Positions 48,906-58,973 of a stretch of DNA of 64,000 nucleotides are shown piece after piece. The stretch's first letter is position 1. Every line of letters begins with the position of its first letter. The stretch spans positions 6,165-70,164 of the forward strand of contig JBHYCX010000011.1 in NCBI GenBank assembly GCA_051861325.1. The letters are read 5' to 3'. The position numbers were made by a program, and so were the translations under genes. Below the pieces are notes generated by a model. It made no database searches. It was not told where the DNA came from and saw nothing but the letters and a program-made list of their open reading frames with translations. This DNA is from Roseococcus sp. GTDB taxonomy: Bacteria; Pseudomonadota; Alphaproteobacteria; Acetobacterales; Acetobacteraceae.

Positions 48906-50117
48906 ATGTCCGATACGCCCAAGGTCATGCCGCTCGACGGCATTCGCGTCATTGACGTCTCCAGCTTCCTGGCCGGCCCCTTCTGTTCCACGCAGCTCGC
49001 CGAATTCGGCGCCGACGTGATCAAGCTGGAGCTGCCCATCGTGGGCGACCCGCTGCGGAAATTCGGCACCGTCACCGAATGCGGCGAGACGCTGCCCTGG
49101 CTCTCCGAGTGCCGCAACAAGCGCTCCGCCACGCTGGACCTCCGCAAGCCCGATGGCGCCGCCCTGCTGAAGCGCATGGTGGCCGAGGCCGACATCCTCG
49201 TGGAGAACTTCCAGCCCGGCACACTCGAAAAGTGGGGCTTGGGCTGGGATGTGATGAAGGAGGTGAATCCCCGCCTCATCATGGTCCGCATCTCCGGCTA
49301 CGGGCAGACTGGCCCCTATAGCGGCCGCCCCGGCTTCGGCCGCATCGGCAATGCCTTTGGCGGGTTGTCCTACCTCGCGGGCTACCCGGACCGCCCGCCG
49401 GTGACGCCCGGCTCCGCCACCATCCCCGACTACCTGGCCGGCCTCTATGGCGCGCTGGGCGCGCTGCTCGCCATCCAGGCGCGGGAAAAAACCGGCCGCG
49501 GCCAGGTGGTGGATATCGGCCTCTATGAGCCGATCTTCCGCATCCTGGACGAGCTCGCCCCCTCCTTCCAGCTCAACGGCTATGTGCGCGAGCGCATGGG
49601 GCCCGGCACCGTCAATGTCGTCCCGCACAGCCACTACCCGACGAAGGACAAGCGCTGGATCGCCATCGCCTGCACCAGCGACAAGATCTTCGCGCGGCTC
49701 GCCGATGCCATGGGCGTTCCCGAATGGGCTGGCGAGGGCAAGTGGGGCAAGATCAAGCAGCGCGAGGCCGCGCGCGGCGAGGTGGATGCCTATGTCAGCC
49801 ACTGGACCAGCCAATACACGCGCGACGAACTCATGACGATCTGCGAGCGTGAGCAGGTGCCCTGCGGCCCCGTCTATTCCATCGAGGAAATCTTCCAGGA
49901 CCCGCAATACAAGCACCGCGAGAACATCCTGATGATGAAGGACCCGCGCGTAGGCGAGCTTGCGATCCCCAACCTCGTGCCGCGCCTGACGGATACGCCG
50001 GGCAAGGTGAAGTGGCTTGGCCCGTCCATGGGTGAGCACAATGACGAGGTCTACAAGGATTGGCTGAAGCTGGACGCGGCCGAGATCGAACGGCTGACCA
50101 AGCTCGAAGTGATCTGA
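48906..50117 (+). CDS. Family III (CaiB/BaiF) CoA transferase
   Basis: LDGIRVID, GADVIKLE, RNKRS, ENFQPG, SGYGQTGP, PDY.AG. Confidence 0.93.
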   Translation: MSDTPKVMPLDGIRVIDVSSFLAGPFCSTQLAEFGADVIKLELPIVGDPLRKFGTVTECGETLPWLSECRNKRSATLDLRKPDGAALLKRMVAEADILVENFQPGTLEKWGLGWDVMKEVNPRLIMVRISGYGQTGPYSGRPGFGRIGNAFGGLSYLAGYPDRPPVTPGSATIPDYLAGLYGALGALLAIQAREKTGRGQVVDIGLYEPIFRILDELAPSFQLNGYVRERMGPGTVNVVPHSHYPTKDKRWIAIACTSDKIFARLADAMGVPEWAGEGKWGKIKQREAARGEVDAYVSHWTSQYTRDELMTICEREQVPCGPVYSIEEIFQDPQYKHRENILMMKDPRVGELAIPNLVPRLTDTPGKVKWLGPSMGEHNDEVYKDWLKLDAAEIERLTKLEVI

Positions 50118-50795
50118 GTGCTCGACGCTTCCACCCTGCCGCACCGCGCCTCCCTCCCGGAGACGCTGGCCGCGCGCATGGTGGAGGCGATGCGCGCGGG
50201 CGAATTGGCGCCGGGCGAGCGGATCATCGAAGCGAGCCTCGCCGCCCGCTTCGGCGTCAGCCGCGGGCCTTTGCGCGAGGCCTTGAAGGCGCTGGAGGGC
50301 GAGGGGCTGGTGGAACGCCGCCCCGGCCGCTCGCCCCGCGTGGCCCAGGTGTCGCCCGAGCAGGCGGCGCAGATGGTGGTGATGCGGGCCACGCTCGAAG
50401 GCATGGCGGCGCGATTGCTGGCCGCCCGCGCCACGCCTGCGCAACTGGCCGAGCTGGAAGCGCAGCACGCGCGCATCCTGGCCGCCGCGAAATCCGGCCG
50501 CGTCGCCGAATGGCGCGACGCCGACTGGCATTTTCACGAATTGGTCTGTCGAGCTTCGGGCAATGAATTTCTGCTGCGCGCCTGGCTCTCCATGTCGCAT
50601 CTCGTGCGGCTGTTTCTCCACCGCCACCCCGCCTTCGAGGCGGCGGGCGAGGGCGTGCTGCTGAACCACGACCACCTGCTCGCGGCCCTTCGCGCCCGCG
50701 ACCCCGACCGCGCCGAGGCCGAGTTCCGCCGCGTCATCCTGGACAGCGGCTTCCGCCGCCTCGGCCTCACCCCACCCGCTGGAATCCCCGCATGA
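50118..50795 (+). CDS. GntR family regulator (FCD domain)
   Basis: L.PGERI.E..LA..FGVSR.P.REAL; D..FH. Confidence 0.92.
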   Translation: MLDASTLPHRASLPETLAARMVEAMRAGELAPGERIIEASLAARFGVSRGPLREALKALEGEGLVERRPGRSPRVAQVSPEQAAQMVVMRATLEGMAARLLAARATPAQLAELEAQHARILAAAKSGRVAEWRDADWHFHELVCRASGNEFLLRAWLSMSHLVRLFLHRHPAFEAAGEGVLLNHDHLLAALRARDPDRAEAEFRRVILDSGFRRLGLTPPAGIPA

Positions 50796-51649
50796 CCGCG
50801 AAACCCTGGCGCCTGCGCCGCTCCATGATGATCACCCCCGGCCATCGCCGCGAGCGCCTGGAAAAGGCCGCGACGCTCCAGGCCGACAGCCTGGCCTTCG
50901 ACCTCGAGGATGGCGTGCCGCCCAGCCGAAAGGAAGAAGCCCGCGCCACCATCGCCGCCGTGCTGCGCGAGGTGGATTTCGGCCGGCGCGAGCGCGCGGT
51001 GCGCATCAACGGCATCGGCACCGAGGATTTCGCGCGCGACCTCGCCGCCCTGCCGCTGGACCATCTGGACGCGCTGCTGGTGCCGAAGGTGGAGAGCGCG
51101 GCGCAGCTCCAGCAGCTCGACGCTGTTCTGGCCGGGCGAAACATCGGCATCATCGCCACGCTGGAAACCCCGCGCGGGGTGCTGAACGCGCTCGCCATCG
51201 CCGATGCCTCGCCCAACCTCGTCGGCATGTTCTTCGGCCCCGGCGACTACACCTTGCAGACCGGCGGCGCGCTCACCGCCCGCGCGCTGGAATTCCCGCG
51301 CGCCACCATTGCGGCCGCCTGCGGCGCGGTTGGCATCCAGGCGATTGACGCGCCCTTCCTGCTGGGCCTGCGGGACGTGGCCGGCACCCACGCCGATGCG
51401 CTCGCCGCGAAGGAGCTTGGGTTCAGCGGCAAGGTGGTGTTTCATCCGGATCAGATCGCGCCGATCAACGCCGCCTTCACGCCCGATGCGGCCGAGGTGG
51501 CGAAGGCCCGGCGCTTCGTCGCCGCCTATGCTGAGGCCGCCGCGCGGGGCGAGGCGGTGGCGCTGGTGGATGGGGAGTTCATTGCCATGGACCTGGTGCC
51601 GCGCATGGAGCGCATCATCGCGCTGTCAGACGAAGCGGCGGCCATTTGA
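50792..51649 (+). CDS. CitE/HpcH family CoA-ester lyase
   Basis: RRSMMITPG, FDLEDGV, VRIN, VPKVE, ETP, GP.DY, FHPDQ. Confidence 0.9.
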   Translation: MTAKPWRLRRSMMITPGHRRERLEKAATLQADSLAFDLEDGVPPSRKEEARATIAAVLREVDFGRRERAVRINGIGTEDFARDLAALPLDHLDALLVPKVESAAQLQQLDAVLAGRNIGIIATLETPRGVLNALAIADASPNLVGMFFGPGDYTLQTGGALTARALEFPRATIAAACGAVGIQAIDAPFLLGLRDVAGTHADALAAKELGFSGKVVFHPDQIAPINAAFTPDAAEVAKARRFVAAYAEAAARGEAVALVDGEFIAMDLVPRMERIIALSDEAAAI

Positions 51650-52575
51650 CGACACTGATCGGCGATATCGGCGGCACCCAGGCCCGCTTCGCCCTGGCCG
51701 AGGGCGGCCGCTTCAGCCGCGTGGTGGCACAGCGTGTCATGGAGCACGCGACGCCGCTGGCCGCGATGCGGACCGCGCTCGCTGGGCTGGGGCCCGCCCG
51801 TGCGGCCATTCTTGCCATCGCCGGCCCCATCGAGGGCGAACACGCCCGGCTGACCAATGGCGTCTGGGAATTCGACGCCCCTGCCCTGGCCGTGTCCCTC
51901 GGCCTCGCCTCCGTGCGGCTGGTAAATGACCTGGAGGCCATGGCCTGGGCGCTGCCCGCCCTCACCGCCGCGGATGTTGAACCCTGGCAGGAGGGTGCGC
52001 CGAGCCCGGGCGCGCCCCAGGCCATCGTGGCACCCGGCACCGGCCTCGGCGTCGCCGGCTTCATCCCCGGCCATGGCGCGCTGGCGACCGAGGCCGGGCA
52101 TATGGGCTTCGCGCCGCGCGATGCGACGGAGGCCGCGCTCCTCGCCTGGCTCCAGGCCCGGCAGGGCGCGGTTTCGGCCGAGGATCTCTTGTCCGGCCTC
52201 GGCCTCGCCACGCTGCATGAAGGAATCGCCGAGCTGCGCGGCATCGCCGTCCCACCCCGCGACGGCCCCGAGATCAGCGCCGCCGCCGCGGCCGGCTGCC
52301 CCGTGGCGCGCGAGGCGCTGGCCGTGTTCTGGCGCGGCCTTGGGGGCTTCTGCGGTGATGTGGCGCTGACGCTGGGCGCGCGCGGCGGCGTGTTCCTCGC
52401 CGGCGGGGTGGCCCGCGCGCCGGCCGACCCCGCGGGTTTCCTGGAACGCTTCCAGGACCGGCCGCGCATGCGCGCCTATCTGGCCCGCGTGCCGGTCCAG
52501 CGCATCCTGCACCCGCAGCCCGGGCTGCTGGGGTTGGCGCAACTGGCGCTCACGCCGCCTCCAGCTTCTCCGTGA
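51646..52575 (+). CDS. glk: Glucokinase
   Basis: GDIGGTQARF, LTN, VNDLEA, PGTGLG, TEAGH, GGVFLAGG; TTG start. Confidence 0.88.
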   Translation: MTTLIGDIGGTQARFALAEGGRFSRVVAQRVMEHATPLAAMRTALAGLGPARAAILAIAGPIEGEHARLTNGVWEFDAPALAVSLGLASVRLVNDLEAMAWALPALTAADVEPWQEGAPSPGAPQAIVAPGTGLGVAGFIPGHGALATEAGHMGFAPRDATEAALLAWLQARQGAVSAEDLLSGLGLATLHEGIAELRGIAVPPRDGPEISAAAAAGCPVAREALAVFWRGLGGFCGDVALTLGARGGVFLAGGVARAPADPAGFLERFQDRPRMRAYLARVPVQRILHPQPGLLGLAQLALTPPPASP

Positions 52576-54418
52576 TCTCCAGCCACTCCATCTCCAGCCG
52601 CTCGACATCCTTGGCGATGGCTGCGCGCCGGGCCGTGGCGCGGGTGATGAGGTCGGTCTTGCCCCGCTCGTAAAGGCGCGGATCGGCCAGTGCGCCCTCG
52701 ATCACCTTCGCCTCCTCGTTCAGCTTCGCCAGCGTGACCTCGATGCCCTTCAGCCGCGCGCGCAGCGGCGCATGCGCGGCGCGAACCTCCACACCCGCCA
52801 CGCGCCCCTGCTTGCGCTCGTCCTTCTTTTCCTCCCGGCGCGCCGCCGCCGCCGTGCGGCCACCGAGCTGCGCGCGGTAGTCATCCAGGTCGCCGTCGAA
52901 GGGCGTCACCTTGCCGCCCGCCACCAGCCAGAGCCGGTCCGCCACCAGCTCCACCAGATGCGGGTCGTGGCTGATGAGGATCACGGCGCCCTCGTAATCC
53001 GCCAGTGCCTTCACCAGCGCCTCGCGCGCGTCAATGTCGAGGTGGTTGGTCGGCTCGTCGAGGATGAGCATGTGCGGCGCGTCGCGCGTCGTCAGCGCCA
53101 TCAGCAGCCGCGCCTTCTCGCCGCCGGAAAGCCCCTTCACCTGCGTCTCCGCGCGGTCCGCATCGAGCCCGAAGCGCGCGAGCTGCGAGCGGCATTGCCC
53201 CGCCGTTGCGCGCGGCAGGGCGTGCATCATGTGGCTGAGCGGCGTGCCCTCGAGGTCCAGGTCATCCTCCTGGTGCTGCGCGAAATAGCCCACGCGCATC
53301 CGCCGGTCGCGATGGATATCGCCGGACATGGGCTGCATCCGGCCGGCCAGCAGCTTGGCCAGCGTGGATTTGCCATTGCCATTGGCCCCCAGCAGCGCGA
53401 TCCGGTCCTCCTGGTCAATCCGGATGTCGAGGTCGCGCAGCACCACGTGATTGCCATAGCCGACATTGCCGCGGCTGACCGTCAGGATGGGCGGCGAGAG
53501 CTGCTCGGGCTGCGGGAACTGGAAGCGCGTCGCCACGTCCTCCACGATGGATTCCAGCGCCGGCATCCGCTCCAGCGCCTTGATGCGCGATTGCGCCTGG
53601 CGCGCCTTGCTGGCCTTGGCGCGGAAGCGATCCACGAAGGCCTGCATATGCGCGCGCTCGGCCGCGAGCTTCACGTTCTGCGCGGCCACCTGCGCCGCGC
53701 GCTCGGTCCGGATGCGCACGAAATTCTCGAAATTGCCGGGGTAGAGCGTGATTTTCTGGCGATCGAGATGCGCGATGGAATCCACGCAGCGCTCCAGCAA
53801 CCCACGGTCGTGGCTGATGATGATGGCCGCCCCCGAGAAGCGCGCGATCCAGCCCTCCAGCCACATCGCGGCTTCGAGGTCGAGGTGGTTGGTCGGCTCG
53901 TCCAGCAGCAGCAGGTCGGGCTCCAGGAACAGCGCGCGGGCCAGTGAGACGCGCATGCGCCAGCCGCCGGAATACTCGCGCGACGGGCGCTGCTGCGCCG
54001 CCGCGTCGAAGCCGAGGCCGGCCAGGATCGTCGCCGCGCGGGCCGGCGCGGCATCGGCCTGGATCGCCATCAAACGTTCATGGATTTCACCCGCGCGCAC
54101 CGCCTCGGGGTGGCCGTCCAGCTCGGCCAGCAGCGAGGCGCGCTCGGTGTCGGCCTCCAGCACGATGTCGAGCAGGCAGGTCTCGCCGGCCGGCGTCTCC
54201 TGCGCCACATGGCCGATGCGGGCGCGCTGCGCGAGCCGGATCTCGCCGCCATCGGGCTGGAGCTCGCCGAGGATGGCCTTGATGAGCGTGGACTTGCCCG
54301 CGCCGTTGCGCCCGACCAGGCCGATCTTGCGGCCGGTGTCCACCTGGAGGGAGGCCTCCTCCATGAGGGGGCGGCCCGCCATGCGGATGGTCAGGTCTTG
54401 GATGGTGAGGACGGTCAT
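52550..54418 (-). CDS. ABC-F family ATPase (YheS-like)
   Basis: Two ABC domains (GRNGAGKST / GANGNGKST), [16 protein letters not shown] twice, no TM. Confidence 0.94.
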   Translation of the reverse strand: MTVLTIQDLTIRMAGRPLMEEASLQVDTGRKIGLVGRNGAGKSTLIKAILGELQPDGGEIRLAQRARIGHVAQETPAGETCLLDIVLEADTERASLLAELDGHPEAVRAGEIHERLMAIQADAAPARAATILAGLGFDAAAQQRPSREYSGGWRMRVSLARALFLEPDLLLLDEPTNHLDLEAAMWLEGWIARFSGAAIIISHDRGLLERCVDSIAHLDRQKITLYPGNFENFVRIRTERAAQVAAQNVKLAAERAHMQAFVDRFRAKASKARQAQSRIKALERMPALESIVEDVATRFQFPQPEQLSPPILTVSRGNVGYGNHVVLRDLDIRIDQEDRIALLGANGNGKSTLAKLLAGRMQPMSGDIHRDRRMRVGYFAQHQEDDLDLEGTPLSHMMHALPRATAGQCRSQLARFGLDADRAETQVKGLSGGEKARLLMALTTRDAPHMLILDEPTNHLDIDAREALVKALADYEGAVILISHDPHLVELVADRLWLVAGGKVTPFDGDLDDYRAQLGGRTAAAARREEKKDERKQGRVAGVEVRAAHAPLRARLKGIEVTLAKLNEEAKVIEGALADPRLYERGKTDLITRATARRAAIAKDVERLEMEWLEITEKLEAA

Positions 54419-54556
54419 GCGCGGGATTTAGACGGGATTGAGGCGTCGCGACATGCCCGATATGCGGGGGGAGCCCCGCGAATGATGCCCATCAGGGCTT
54501 GCGTCCGCGCCCGGGCTTGGGCAATTGCCCCCCACATCACGTCAAGGGACGCCCTC

Positions 54557-54979
54557 ATGGCCATCGAACGCACCTTCAGCATCATCAAGCCCGACGCCAC
54601 GCGCCGCAACCTGACCGGCGCCATCAACGCCGTCTATGAGAAGGCGGGCCTGCGCATCATCGCGCAGAAGCGCATCTGGATGAGCCGCGCGCACGCCAAG
54701 AAGTTCTACGAGGTCCACGCCGCCCGCCCCTTCTACAATGACCTGGTGGACTTCATGGTCTCCGGCCCCGTCGTCGTGCAGGTGCTGGAGGGCGAGAACG
54801 CCGTCCTCGCGCATCGTGACCTGATGGGCGCAACCAACCCGGCCAATGCCGCCGAGGGCACGATCCGCAAGATGTTCGCCGAGAGCATCGAGGCGAACAG
54901 CGTCCATGGCAGCGACAGCCTGGAGAACGCCGCGATCGAGATCAGCTACTTCTTCGCGGGCTGCGAACTGGTCGGCTAA
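54557..54979 (+). CDS. ndk: Nucleoside diphosphate kinase
   Basis: [23 protein letters not shown]. Confidence 0.98.
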   Translation: MAIERTFSIIKPDATRRNLTGAINAVYEKAGLRIIAQKRIWMSRAHAKKFYEVHAARPFYNDLVDFMVSGPVVVQVLEGENAVLAHRDLMGATNPANAAEGTIRKMFAESIEANSVHGSDSLENAAIEISYFFAGCELVG

Positions 54980-55000
54980 ACCCCGAACACCGCGCTGCCG

Positions 55001-55030
55001 AAAGGCCGGGCCGCAAGGCCCGGCCTTTTT
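55001..55030. terminator. Bidirectional intrinsic terminator
   Basis: AAAGGCCGGGCC-GCAA-GGCCCGGCCTTTTT. Confidence 0.85.
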
Positions 55031-55707
55031 CATGGCGCGTCGCCATCCCGGCGATGCGCGATCTCCAGCGAGACGAGCCGCGCCAGCAGGATGGCGAGGT
55101 AGAGCTGCCCCGTCAGCGCCTCCAGGATGGCGAGCGAGCGCGCGATGGGATGGACGGGCACAATATCGCCATACCCGGTCGTGGTCAGCGTGACGAAACT
55201 GAAGAACAGGTAGCTCGCCACCTCGCCCACCTCGGACGCGGGCGCGCCATGATGCAGGAAGGCGCCGGGGTCGAGCCGGTGCAGCAGCTCATAGAGGCAG
55301 GCGAAGACCAGGCCGATCAGCAGATAGGCGGCGATCGCGCCCTCGATCCGGCGAAAGTTGACGCGCCCGGCGGCGAAGACCTGCGCGAGGATGGCCGCGA
55401 TCAGCGTGGACAAGGCCAGCGCCGCGGCACCCGCCGCGACCAGCGGGGGCGTCCCACCCGAAAGCCCGAGCGACAGGCCCTGCAGGCCGGCCGCCGTCAG
55501 CAGCGCCACGACGACGAGATGCCGGGTGCGATGCCGCGCGGCATCGAGACAGAAAAGCCCCGCCAGGATCACCGCCTGGAGGCCGATCGCCATGGCATAG
55601 CCGGGGAGCCAGCGCAGCTCGACCAGCGGCTTCACCACCAGGATCAAGAGAAGCAGGGCCAGCAGGAGGGGATGCAGCGCGTGCTCGCCCCGCGGCAGCC
55701 CCCGCAT
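55030..55707 (-). CDS. Potassium channel family protein (2TM pore with extra TM helices)
   Basis: YFSFVTLTTTGYGDIVP selectivity filter, GQLYLAILLARLV. Confidence 0.88.
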   Translation of the reverse strand: MRGLPRGEHALHPLLLALLLLILVVKPLVELRWLPGYAMAIGLQAVILAGLFCLDAARHRTRHLVVVALLTAAGLQGLSLGLSGGTPPLVAAGAAALALSTLIAAILAQVFAAGRVNFRRIEGAIAAYLLIGLVFACLYELLHRLDPGAFLHHGAPASEVGEVASYLFFSFVTLTTTGYGDIVPVHPIARSLAILEALTGQLYLAILLARLVSLEIAHRRDGDAP

Positions 55708-55727
55708 CACCGGCCGGGCCGGTGCGC

Positions 55728-55886
55728 TCAGCCGAACAGCAGGTAGATGCCGACCAGGAGCACGATGGTGGCGCCGATGCCCCACTTGGTCGCGACCATG
55801 AAGCCGTCGAACATCGCGCGGCGCTCGCCCATGATGTCCTCGGACTTCACCTCGACCATCTCGATGCTCATCGGTTGCTCGGCCAT
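55728..55886 (-). CDS. 52-aa single-TM protein, possibly aa3-type cytochrome c oxidase subunit IV-like (missing from ORF track)
   Basis: MAEQPMSIEMVEVKSEDIMGERRAMFDGFMVATKWGIGATIVLLVGIYLLFG; GAGG upstream; GC3-rich codons. Confidence 0.65.
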   Translation of the reverse strand: MAEQPMSIEMVEVKSEDIMGERRAMFDGFMVATKWGIGATIVLLVGIYLLFG

Positions 55887-55897
55887 GCCTTTGTTCC

Positions 55898-56578
55898 TCA
55901 ATCGCGTGGCGCTTGTGTAGAAACTGCCGCGCCGGCCGGCAAGGGGTTCACGAGGCGGCCGCGCGCATCCGCCGCCGCCACATAGGCCCGGCCATCCTGC
56001 ACCCTGACCCGCCCCGCCGCGAGCCAGGCGAGTGCGGCCGGATAAAGCCGGTGCTCCTGCTCCAGCACGCGGGCGGCCAGGCTCTCCTCCGTGTCGTGCA
56101 TCTGCACGGGCACGGCGGCCTGGGCCAGGATCGGCCCCTCATCCACGCCCGCACTCACCAGATGGACGGTGCAGCCATGCAGCCGCACGCCGCCGGCCAG
56201 CGCGCGGGCATGGGTGTCAAGGCCCGGGAAGCTCGGCAGCAGCGAGGGGTGGATGTTGATCATCCGCCCCTCCCAGGCCGCGACAAAGCCCTCGGTCAAC
56301 ACGCGCATGAAGCCGGCCAGGGCCAGGATCGTGATGTCATGCCGCGCCAGCACCTCGGCCAGCTCGGCCTCGAAATCCTTTCGCGCACGCGCGCGGCTTG
56401 TCACCACCAGCGCCGGCACGCCCATGTCCCGCGCGCGGTCGAGCCCCGCCGCCTCGGCGCGGTTGGAGATGACGAGGGCGATTTCGGCGGGGTAGTCGGG
56501 ATGCGCCGCCGCCTCCAGCAGGGCCACCATGTTGGAGCCGCGGCCGGAGATCAGGATGGCGACGCGGGGGCGGATCAC
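55898..56578 (-). CDS. purN: Phosphoribosylglycinamide formyltransferase
   Basis: [32 protein letters not shown]. Confidence 0.97.
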   Translation of the reverse strand: MIRPRVAILISGRGSNMVALLEAAAHPDYPAEIALVISNRAEAAGLDRARDMGVPALVVTSRARARKDFEAELAEVLARHDITILALAGFMRVLTEGFVAAWEGRMINIHPSLLPSFPGLDTHARALAGGVRLHGCTVHLVSAGVDEGPILAQAAVPVQMHDTEESLAARVLEQEHRLYPAALAWLAAGRVRVQDGRAYVAAADARGRLVNPLPAGAAVSTQAPRD

Positions 56579-57654
56579 AGCCCCAGCGTGCCTTGCAGCG
56601 TGACCTCAGCCTCGCCGGTCGCGGGCACAAGCCGGCCGATGCGGAACGCCGCCTCGCCCGCCGCCGTGAGGTGAGAGAGCCCGGCCTCGGCATCCGCCTC
56701 GGCCACCACGCAGACCATGCCGAGCCCGCAATTGAAGACGCGCAGCATCTCGGCCTCGGCCACGCCGCCCGCCTTGGCGAGCCAGGAGAATACCGGCGGC
56801 ACCGGCCAGGACCCGGCCACGACCTCCGCCCCCAGGCCCTCGGGCAGCACGCGGGGAAGGTTGCCCGGCAGCCCGCCGCCCGTGATGTGGGCGGCCGCCT
56901 TGAGCAGGCCCACACGATGCAGCGCCAGCAGCGGGCGGACATAGATGCGCGTGGGCGCCAGCAGCGCCTCGCCGAGCGAAAGCCCGGGCGCGAAGGGTGC
57001 GGGGTCACCCAGACCCAGCCCCGCCGCCGCGATCACCCGCCGCACCAGGGAAAATCCGTTGGAATGCACGCCGGAGGACGCAAGGCCGATCAGCACGTCG
57101 CCCGGGCCGACCTGCTTCGGCAGCAGCGCGCCGCGCTCGGCGGCACCCACCGAGAAGCCCGCCAGGTCGTAGTCGCCGCCGTGATACATGCCGGGCATCT
57201 CGGCCGTCTCGCCGCCGACCAACGCGCAGCCCGCCTGCCGGCAGCCCTCGGCGATGCCGGAGACGACTTCCGCCGCCTGTGCCACGTCGAGCTTGCCGGT
57301 CGCGAGATAGTCCAGGAAGAAGAGCGGCTCACCCCCCTGCACGATCAGGTCGTTCACGCACATGGCGACGAGGTCAATGCCGACCTTGTCGTGAATCCCA
57401 GCTTCGATCGCCAGGCGCAGCTTGGTGCCGACGCCATCGGTGGAAGAGATCAGCACCGGGTCGGTGAAGCCCGCCGCCTTCAGGTCGAACAGCGCGCCGA
57501 AGCCGCCGAGGCCCCCCATGCTGCCGGCACGGTTCGTGCTGCGGGCGAGCGGCTTGATGCGCTCCACCAGCGCGTCGCCGGCCTCGATATCCACCCCGGC
57601 GGCGGCATAGGTCAGCCCCTGGGCGGGGGCTTCGGGCTTCTCGGAACTGTTCAG
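56575..57654 (-). CDS. purM: AIR synthetase; start probably CTG (57654 or 57615)
   Basis: [46 protein letters not shown]. Confidence 0.96.
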   Translation of the reverse strand: MNSSEKPEAPAQGLTYAAAGVDIEAGDALVERIKPLARSTNRAGSMGGLGGFGALFDLKAAGFTDPVLISSTDGVGTKLRLAIEAGIHDKVGIDLVAMCVNDLIVQGGEPLFFLDYLATGKLDVAQAAEVVSGIAEGCRQAGCALVGGETAEMPGMYHGGDYDLAGFSVGAAERGALLPKQVGPGDVLIGLASSGVHSNGFSLVRRVIAAAGLGLGDPAPFAPGLSLGEALLAPTRIYVRPLLALHRVGLLKAAAHITGGGLPGNLPRVLPEGLGAEVVAGSWPVPPVFSWLAKAGGVAEAEMLRVFNCGLGMVCVVAEADAEAGLSHLTAAGEAAFRIGRLVPATGEAEVTLQGTLGL

Positions 57655-57703
57655 GGCCGCCTCCGATGGGCTACACGAGCGTGGTGCGATGAGGATGGGA
57701 TAG

Positions 57704-58390
57704 ATGGTCAGGGCCGCCCCGACAATCCGACGGCTGCGGGCAATCCGCCACCTGCTGGCCGCAGCCATGCTGGCGCTGCTCTTTTGCCCGCCCGTCGCGG
57801 CCCAGGACAACCCCCTGGTGCAGCGCGGCGTGCCGGCGGAAGCCACGGCCGAGAACGCGGTGCTGGCGCGGGACCGCGCGCATGCCAGCGCCCGGCGCAT
57901 CGCCTGGCAGCGCCTGCTGGAGCAGACCGGCGCGACGGGCGGGCCCACCCCGCCGGATTCGCAGCTCGAGAACATGGTCGCCGCCCTGATCGTGGAGGAG
58001 GAGCGGACGACGCCCACCCGCTATTCCGGGCGGCTCACCGTGCAGTTCAACCCGGGCCTCGTGGCCTCCAGCACCGGCCGCAGCTTCACGCCCCCGGCTG
58101 GCGGCGGCGGCGGCGGCCTCGCGCTCAACATTCCCATGGCGGCGCAGGGTTACATGGAGGCGAGCAGCCAGCACAGCTCGCTCGGCGAATGGCTGGAGCT
58201 GCGGCGCCGGCTGCGCGCCTCGGGCAGCGTGGCCAGCATGGAGATCGTCTCGCTGAGCATGGAGGCGGCGCGCTTCCGCCTCGGCCTCCGGCAGCCGGCG
58301 GCGGAGGCCGCGGCGGCGCTCAGCGGTGCCGGCCTCGTCGTCACCCCCAACGGCGCCACCTGGCAGGTCTCGCTGGGTGCCGGGGGCTGA
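57704..58390 (+). CDS. Exported protein, DUF2066-like
   Basis: Signal-like stretch, A..AR..A...A...AW..L; position divergent from purM. Confidence 0.7.
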   Translation: MVRAAPTIRRLRAIRHLLAAAMLALLFCPPVAAQDNPLVQRGVPAEATAENAVLARDRAHASARRIAWQRLLEQTGATGGPTPPDSQLENMVAALIVEEERTTPTRYSGRLTVQFNPGLVASSTGRSFTPPAGGGGGGLALNIPMAAQGYMEASSQHSSLGEWLELRRRLRASGSVASMEIVSLSMEAARFRLGLRQPAAEAAAALSGAGLVVTPNGATWQVSLGAGG

Positions 58391-58403
58391 GGCGGCGCCC
58401 GCA

Positions 58404-58973
58404 ATGAGCGAGAGCCCCCCACCCCAGATCCTGCTGACGCTGCCCAACATGATCACGCTGGCGCGGCTCGTCGCCGTGCCCGGCACCATCTGGCTGATCC
58501 TGCAGCATCGGCTGGACCAGGCCTTCCTTCTCTTCCTCGCGGCCGGGATCTCGGATGCGCTGGATGGCTGGCTGGCGCGGGTTCGCAATGCGCGCTCGGC
58601 CATCGGCGCCCTGCTCGACCCGGTGGCGGACAAGGCGCTGCTGGTCTCGGTCTATGTCACGCTTGCCGCCATCGGCGTGCTGCCGGACTGGCTCGCCATC
58701 CTCGTCGTCTTCCGGGACCTCGTGATCGTGGGCGGGCTGACGCTGCTCTGGATGGTGGGCAACCGCCCGCCGATCCGCCCGCTCTGGATCTCCAAGCTCA
58801 ATACGCTGCTGCAGATCGCGCTCGCGGCGCTGGCCCTCTTCATCCATGGCTTCGACGTGCCGATGGAAACCGCCATCACCCTGCTGATCTGGCTGGTGGC
58901 GGCGAGCACGCTGGCCTCGGGCATCGCCTATGTCGCGCAGGCGGCGCGGCGGGTGCAGGGGCCCCTGCCTTGA
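58404..58973 (+). CDS. CDP-alcohol phosphatidyltransferase family
   Basis: PNMITLAR, SDALDGWLAR...G..LDP.ADK. Confidence 0.92.
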   Translation: MSESPPPQILLTLPNMITLARLVAVPGTIWLILQHRLDQAFLLFLAAGISDALDGWLARVRNARSAIGALLDPVADKALLVSVYVTLAAIGVLPDWLAILVVFRDLVIVGGLTLLWMVGNRPPIRPLWISKLNTLLQIALAALALFIHGFDVPMETAITLLIWLVAASTLASGIAYVAQAARRVQGPLP

